32,000 bases of DNA from positions 5,640,001 to 5,672,000 of the forward strand of contig NC_010628.1 in NCBI RefSeq assembly GCF_000020025.1, in the 5' to 3' direction. The DNA is from Nostoc punctiforme PCC 73102 (GTDB lineage: Bacteria; Cyanobacteriota; Cyanobacteriia; Cyanobacteriales; Nostocaceae). A program made the position numbers and the translations under genes. Below are positions 26,835-32,000 of the stretch, piece after piece. The first letter of the stretch is position 1, and every line of letters starts with the position of its first letter. The notes under the pieces were generated by a model. It was not told where the DNA came from, did no database searches, and saw only the letters and a program-made list of their open reading frames with translations.

Positions 26835-28085
26835 TTAGACGTATTTCTTAAAGGCCAGTGTGACATTATGACCGCCAAACCCAAAAGAATTGGATATTGC
26901 CACCTCGACTTTTTGAACGCGGCTGTAGTTAGGCACGTAATCTAAGTCACATTCTGGATCGGGATTTTCCAGATTGATTGTTGGTGGAATTTGGTCATTA
27001 GCGATCGCCAGTACTGTTGCCACAGCTTCAATACCTCCAGAACCGCCTAATAAATGACCTGTCATCGATTTGGTCGAGCTAATTGCCACCTTATAAGCAT
27101 GTTCTCCCAACGCTTTTTTGATGGCTGAGGTTTCAGTTGAATCATTCGCCGGGGTACTAGTGCCGTGGGCATTAATGTAGCTAATTTGTTCGGGAGTTAT
27201 ACTAGCATCTTTGAGCGCCAGTTCTATGGCTCTCGCTGCACCTAATCCGCCAGGGACGGGGGAAGTGATATGGTATGCGTCACAGGTCATACCATAGCCG
27301 ATCATTTCGGCATAAATGTGAGCGCCGCGACTTAGGGCGTGTTGCAGTTCTTCTAGAATTAAAATTCCTGAACCTTCACCTAATATAAATCCGTTGCGAT
27401 CGCGGTCAAAGGGGCGGCAAGCATGAGCCGGATCGTCATTGCGAAAAGAAAGGGCTTTGCAGGCAGCAAACCCAGCCATTGATAATGGTGTCACAGCTGC
27501 CTCTGTTCCGCCGCAAATCATCGCTTTGGCATATCCCCCTTGAATTAAGCGGAACGCATCGCCTACAGCATTAGAGCCAGCAGCGCAGGCAGTTACAGGG
27601 CAGGAATTAGGCCCTTTAGCACCCGTGTGAATTGCCGTCAATCCTGCTGCCATATTAGCGATCATCATCGGTATCATGAATGGACTACAGCGATCGGGCC
27701 CACGGTTGAGGTAGATCGTTTGCTGGTCTTCTAATACCTTAATGCCGCCAACGCCAGAACCGATCATGACACCTACCTGTTCTGCATTCAGTTCATTAAT
27801 AACTAACTGCGCGTTAGCTATAGCTTGTTTTGCTGCTGAAACCCCAAATTGGGCAAATCGATCCATGCGCTTGGCATCTTTGCGCTCCAAGTAATCATGT
27901 GGATCGAAGTTTTTTACCTCACCAGCAATGCGGCAATCATGGCTAGACGCATCAAAAAATGTGATGTAGTCAATGCCATTGCGTCCACTCAATAATCCAT
28001 CCCAATATTCTGTTGCTGTGTTACCTATCGGTGTAATCGCGCCAACACCAGTTACAACAACGCGTTTACGTGTATGATCTGTCAT
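26835..28085 (-). CDS. fabF: Beta-ketoacyl-ACP synthase II
   Basis: RVVVTGVGAITPIGN is present, with the active-site Cys in PVTACAAGSNA and His motifs at NAHGTSTP and GHLLGGSG. acpP lies upstream on the same strand. Confidence 0.95.
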   Translation of the reverse strand: MTDHTRKRVVVTGVGAITPIGNTATEYWDGLLSGRNGIDYITFFDASSHDCRIAGEVKNFDPHDYLERKDAKRMDRFAQFGVSAAKQAIANAQLVINELNAEQVGVMIGSGVGGIKVLEDQQTIYLNRGPDRCSPFMIPMMIANMAAGLTAIHTGAKGPNSCPVTACAAGSNAVGDAFRLIQGGYAKAMICGGTEAAVTPLSMAGFAACKALSFRNDDPAHACRPFDRDRNGFILGEGSGILILEELQHALSRGAHIYAEMIGYGMTCDAYHITSPVPGGLGAARAIELALKDASITPEQISYINAHGTSTPANDSTETSAIKKALGEHAYKVAISSTKSMTGHLLGGSGGIEAVATVLAIANDQIPPTINLENPDPECDLDYVPNYSRVQKVEVAISNSFGFGGHNVTLAFKKYV

Positions 28086-28123
28086 GATTCAGTTAAAGGT
28101 GGCGAAAAAGCAGCAGGCATTAA

Positions 28124-28180
28124 ACAGTGCTGAGTTATGTTAGCGGATAGCTAGGGTTTAGCCCGTCCTGAGTTCTGAGT
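28124..28180. repeat. Dispersed repeat (inverted relative of 16821-16876) in the acpP-fabF spacer
   Basis: See 16821-16876. It sits within an unusually long 293-nt acpP-fabF intergenic region. Confidence 0.6.
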
Positions 28181-28378
28181 TTTGGAAGCACCCAAGGATG
28201 GAGAAAACTCCGAACTTTTGCCTCCGAAAACTCTAACTCCTAAACTTTTAACTGTTCAGCACTCAGTTAAAAATCAAAGCAGTGGTTTTTGCCATAAACG
28301 CCCAGAGGGAGCGAGACAAAGCCATCTGAACTTCTCCCAATAGGAGACTCCAAGGGCGAACAGAGACTCAAAACTTTT

Positions 28379-28633
28379 TTAAGCTGATGCAGCAACTTTG
28401 TTATTGATGTAATCTACTGCGTCTTGAACCGATACAATCTGCTCGGCAGCTTCGTCGGGAATTTCGATATCAAATTCTTCTTCCAAAGCCATCACGAGTT
28501 CAACAGTATCCAGGGAATCAGCTCCTAAATCTTCCATAAACTTAGCTTGTGGAGTGATTTTGGAAGCATCTTCAACACTCAGTTGTTCGATGACGATTTT
28601 CTTGACCTTTTCAAAAAGTTCCGTTTGGCTCAT
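28379..28633 (-). CDS. acpP: Acyl carrier protein
   Basis: [20 protein letters not shown] holds the phosphopantetheine attachment Ser. The protein is 84 aa. Confidence 0.97.
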   Translation of the reverse strand: MSQTELFEKVKKIVIEQLSVEDASKITPQAKFMEDLGADSLDTVELVMALEEEFDIEIPDEAAEQIVSVQDAVDYINNKVAASA

Positions 28634-29056
28634 AAATAATAAAAGTCCTTAACCAGTTGCTAGGATCTACTCTTTAGAGAAGACATTGTTTTGAGCATAT
28701 ACATCTTATCGTCAAGCGCGATCGCCCGTATACTACCAAGGGTTTTTCTGTTAGAAAACCTCTCCTGTTCCTCAAAAGAATAGGGTAAATTTTCTGGGAA
28801 CAGTTGTTTATGGGAGCGGGCTACGCCATTGCCAATACCGTGTAAATGCTTTGATTGTCAATTATTGCTAATTTTTTTTACAATGTCTTGATCGGTATTT
28901 ACAGCCTTGCTAGCAATCAGAATATTTAGACGCTGCGGCTTTGAACCTAGATGGTTAAAGAATCGCTGAAGGTCAAACCTCATAATTTTGGTGCTAACAA
29001 GGAAGTAATAAAACAGTTATTGTTTAGAGCGATCGCTCTAACCCAAATATACCTCT

Positions 29057-29968
29057 ATGCTATCTCAGACACTCAAACTCAAGTACGCTTATTTCCCTGG
29101 TTGTGTTGCTCAAGGGGCCTGTCGGGAACTTTACCAGTCAACTCAAGCCCTTACCCAAGCACTAGGTATTGAATTGGTTGAACTTAAAAAAGCTGCTTGC
29201 TGTGGTTCGGGCACATTCAAAGAAGATTCTCAATTGTTAGAAGATACAGTCAACGCTAGAAATATCGCTCTAGCAGAAGAATTAAATTTGCCCTTACTTA
29301 CCCATTGCAGTACTTGTCAAGGTGTTATTGGTCATGTCAACGAACACCTGAAAGAATGTAAGACTTCTGACCCTAAATACATTGAACAGGTTAATGGCTT
29401 GCTGCACAAAGAAGGCTGTTCGCCTTATCGCGGCAGTACTGACGTTAAACATCTTCTCTACGCTTTGGTGACAGATTACGGTTTAGAGGAAATTACCAAA
29501 CGTGTCACCCGGAAGTTAACTGGATTAAAATGCGCGGCTTTTTATGGCTGTTATCTCCTCCGCGCCCAAAAATCCATGCCTTATGACGACCCGTTCCAAC
29601 CAGAAGCGATGGAAAATATGTTTCGGGCGGTGGGTGCAACACCAATTTATTACCGAGGCCGGACACAATGTTGTGGTTGGCCTCTTGCTAGTTATGCCAC
29701 TACCCAATCTTTCAAGATGGCGGGGATGCATATTCAGGACGCTTTGACATCTGGTGCTGACTGTATAGTTACACCTTGTCCACTGTGCCACTTAAATTTA
29801 GACTCGCGTCAGCCAGAGGTGGAAAAGGTAATTGAGCAAAAGTTAGGTTTACCAGTATTGCATTTACCCCAGTTGATTGCTTTAGCACTTGGGGTTAGTC
29901 CAAAAGAACTGGGTTTAGAACGGCACGTTGTTTCCACCAAGCCAGTGTTGGAGAAATTAGGATTTTAG
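29057..29968 (+). CDS. HdrB-like protein with two CCG domains (heterodisulfide reductase subunit B family; putative succinate dehydrogenase C-type subunit)
   Basis: Two cysteine-rich CCG motifs are present: YFPGCVAQ...AACCGSG and FYGCYLL...QCCGWP...PCPLCH. Confidence 0.8.
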   Translation: MLSQTLKLKYAYFPGCVAQGACRELYQSTQALTQALGIELVELKKAACCGSGTFKEDSQLLEDTVNARNIALAEELNLPLLTHCSTCQGVIGHVNEHLKECKTSDPKYIEQVNGLLHKEGCSPYRGSTDVKHLLYALVTDYGLEEITKRVTRKLTGLKCAAFYGCYLLRAQKSMPYDDPFQPEAMENMFRAVGATPIYYRGRTQCCGWPLASYATTQSFKMAGMHIQDALTSGADCIVTPCPLCHLNLDSRQPEVEKVIEQKLGLPVLHLPQLIALALGVSPKELGLERHVVSTKPVLEKLGF

Positions 29969-30071
29969 TTTGTGGATTATCAGGCAATACAGTTCAGATA
30001 AGACCAAAACACTTGTAGAGATGGCGATTTATCGCGTCTCAAAACCCATAATTTTGTACAAGTAGTGCTTT

Positions 30072-30118
30072 GAACCGTATTGGATTATCAAGTGTAGGGG
30101 CATAATCCAATACGGTTC
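30072..30118. repeat. 17-bp perfect inverted repeat hairpin
   Basis: GAACCGTATTGGATTAT (30072-30088) pairs with ATAATCCAATACGGTTC (30102-30118), with a 13-nt loop. Confidence 0.9.
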
Positions 30119-30280
30119 GGTTAAAGGGGAAAGTTTTAAATACATCCTTTACCCTTTACCTAGACCACAAGGAAAGTGAAAAATGCTTATCCAAACCGTA
30201 TTGGGGCATAAGATTGTTTATGCTATCAACTTAAGCAAAGTCCCGCATAGTAAAGTTTTGCGTAAAAGTGTAGCGTTTTT

Positions 30281-30427
30281 AATGTAAGCCGACGCATTAA
30301 CAATGCAAGCCGACGCATTAACAATGCAAGCTGACGCATTAACAATGCAAGCTGACGCATTAACAATGCAAGCTGACGCATTAACAATGCAAGCTGACGC
30401 ATTAACAATGCAAGCTGACGCATTAAC
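30281..30427. repeat. 21-bp tandem repeat, 7 copies
   Basis: The unit AATG(T/C)AAGC(C/T)GACGCATTAAC starts at 30281, 30302, 30323, 30344, 30365, 30386 and 30407. Only two variable positions were seen. Confidence 0.95.
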
Positions 30428-30461
30428 AGCAAAATAGATTTGTTTCATCAAAGATTTATGT

Positions 30462-31820
30462 TTAACTATCCAAGGGATGCTTTATCAGCAAAGGTTCAAT
30501 ATATGCTTGCAGAATATCTTTAACTTTAGAAGGCTGCCGAACTGGAGCGATCGCAGAATAATCCGGTTTTACTGTCCAGTCATAATGGCGAAGTAGTGTG
30601 GAAAGCACAATTTTCATTTCCATCTGGGCAAATTCCATACCTAAACAACTGTGCGAACCATAACCAAAACCCATTAGTGCTAAAGGATGTTTTTTATCTT
30701 CTTCACGAGGTGGTGCAAAGCGATCGGGGTCGAAGCGATCGGGTTCGGTGTACAGTTCTGGTAAACGATGAGTCAGCATCGGCGAAATAGTCACAAACCA
30801 ACCTGCTGGGATGCGATAGCCTCCATACTCAATATCCTTGAGGACACCACGATTATAGGCATACACTGGCGGATAGAGTCTTTCTGCTTCTTTTAGGACG
30901 TTGGTTAACTGTGGAAATTGTTTGAGATGAGACAGGCTAAGGGGATTATTTCCCACAACTGCTAATTGTTCTTGGCGCAGCCGTTCTCGCCATTCTGGGT
31001 GATTACCTAATTCAAATATTACCCAAGTCAGTAATGAGGCTGTTGTCTCATGTCCAGCAAACAGCAATAGTAATGCTTCGTTGATTACCTGTGTTTCGCT
31101 CAACTTATTGCCGTCTTCATCAACAGCCGCTAGCAGCAATCCCAAAACATCTTTTGATTCTTCTAAGTTACCCTGCTCGATACGTTGGGCGATCGCTTCA
31201 CGTAAAAAAGCCACTAATTTACCCCTAGCATTTTGACCGCGACCATATAAAGTAAAGGGGACATTCCATTTGAATATTGCCATACTACTATCTAACAGTT
31301 GTGTAAACCACTGACTGGTTTGCTCAACTTCGCTCTTGTTCTGACTTCCCAAAAATAGGCGAGTCGCAATCATCAGGGTAAGCTGACGGAAACTAGAATT
31401 TAAGGAAATCGTTCCCCTTTCTCCCCAATCTTTGAGGAAGTCTTGCACAATATTTTGGATGGTATCGAAGTATGTAGCGATCGCTTTTCCATGAAATGCT
31501 GGATACATTAAGCGACGAGTTAACCGATGTTCTTCCCCGTCTTGTAATAAAATATTGTTGCCAAATGTTGATTCTAAAAAATACCACCCGATCCGCGACG
31601 ACATGTTTTCCGCCTGTTCCACCAGTACTAATCGATTAGCGCTAGGGCCAATTAAATAAGCACGTTTACGCCCCAAGACGCTCGTCTTAAAAACTGAACC
31701 ATACTGCTGGAATCGTCGCCATAAATACAACTCTGAATCCCGAAATATTTCCAAAGTCTCCCCCAAAATGGGTAAGCCATAGCTACCAGGAATTTCTTCG
31801 GCGGATTTTAACTGCTGCAT
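30462..31820 (-). CDS. Cytochrome P450 (CYP120-like)
   Basis: The heme-binding loop is FGYGSHSCLGMEFA, the I-helix motif is FAGHETT, and ExxR is EAERLYPP. Confidence 0.9.
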   Translation of the reverse strand: MQQLKSAEEIPGSYGLPILGETLEIFRDSELYLWRRFQQYGSVFKTSVLGRKRAYLIGPSANRLVLVEQAENMSSRIGWYFLESTFGNNILLQDGEEHRLTRRLMYPAFHGKAIATYFDTIQNIVQDFLKDWGERGTISLNSSFRQLTLMIATRLFLGSQNKSEVEQTSQWFTQLLDSSMAIFKWNVPFTLYGRGQNARGKLVAFLREAIAQRIEQGNLEESKDVLGLLLAAVDEDGNKLSETQVINEALLLLFAGHETTASLLTWVIFELGNHPEWRERLRQEQLAVVGNNPLSLSHLKQFPQLTNVLKEAERLYPPVYAYNRGVLKDIEYGGYRIPAGWFVTISPMLTHRLPELYTEPDRFDPDRFAPPREEDKKHPLALMGFGYGSHSCLGMEFAQMEMKIVLSTLLRHYDWTVKPDYSAIAPVRQPSKVKDILQAYIEPLLIKHPLDS

Positions 31821-31896
31821 ATTTAAGTACCTCTAGCAGGAATTAGCTACAGTATCTACTTAATTCTAAAACTTAGTTAGCCCTTGCAAATCCAAA

Positions 31897-32000
31897 TTAC
31901 CAATCACGGTAGAGTTTTTCTGCATAGAACATAATCTCTTCATTTGGTAATCTAATTTTCGGTTTTTGCCGAGGATACAAACTTTCAACTGCACCTGTAT
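31897..32000 (-). CDS. 3' end of an ORF entering from beyond the window (unknown product)
   Basis: The - strand frame reads TGAVESLYPRQKPKIRLPNEEIMFYAEKLYRDW, with the stop at 31897-31899. The composition is coding-like but no motif was recognised. Confidence 0.3.
   Translation of the reverse strand, partial: TGAVESLYPRQKPKIRLPNEEIMFYAEKLYRDW

Noticed and set aside
28951-29172. 73-aa ORF overlapping the start of the HdrB-like gene
   Set aside because: It is out of frame with a motif-supported CDS (CCG domains) and has no features of its own.

Overview
The window looks like chromosome from a filamentous Nostoc/Anabaena-type cyanobacterium. Evidence: about 30 copies of the HIP1 octamer GCGATCGC (hand count), Nostoc-style dispersed hairpin repeats, psbD, and an SLH/OprB porin. 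Layout: (1) 1-6702 is a + strand polysaccharide cluster: methyltransferase, two GT2, one GT4, a long-form glucose-1-P thymidylyltransferase, rfbC and rfbD; no rmlB is present in the window. (2) 6703-9434 holds dispersed repeats, comB, and a blaI / sensor-less blaR1-like pair. (3) 9435-15893 is an accessory-looking stretch. It contains a 63-bp minisatellite, a two-module P-loop ATPase with a hydrophobic insert and an out-of-frame C-terminus, an internally duplicated membrane protein, a tyrosine-recombinase remnant with three in-frame stops, a class-3 lipase with an in-frame TAG near its 5' end, a 27-bp inverted repeat and tRNA-Asn(GTT). (4) 16038-31820 is mostly housekeeping: NYN/YacP-like protein, orphan ABC ATPase, monocistronic psbD, pterin-4a-carbinolamine dehydratase, porin, AMIN + class-A beta-lactamase-like hydrolase, tkt, fabF, acpP, HdrB-like CCG protein and a P450. 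I found no CRISPR array, no intact mobile element and no complete known defence or biosynthetic system. The best candidates for something undescribed are: the structured RNA plus small ORF downstream of psbD (19.44-19.74 kb), the decaying tRNA-Asn-linked segment and the unusual ATPase beside it, the two 21-nt-phased tandem arrays (63 bp x4 and 21 bp x7), and the low-GC, HIP1-free glycosylation cassette whose boundary falls inside a glycosyltransferase gene. All functional calls come from motif recognition by eye. No database search was run.
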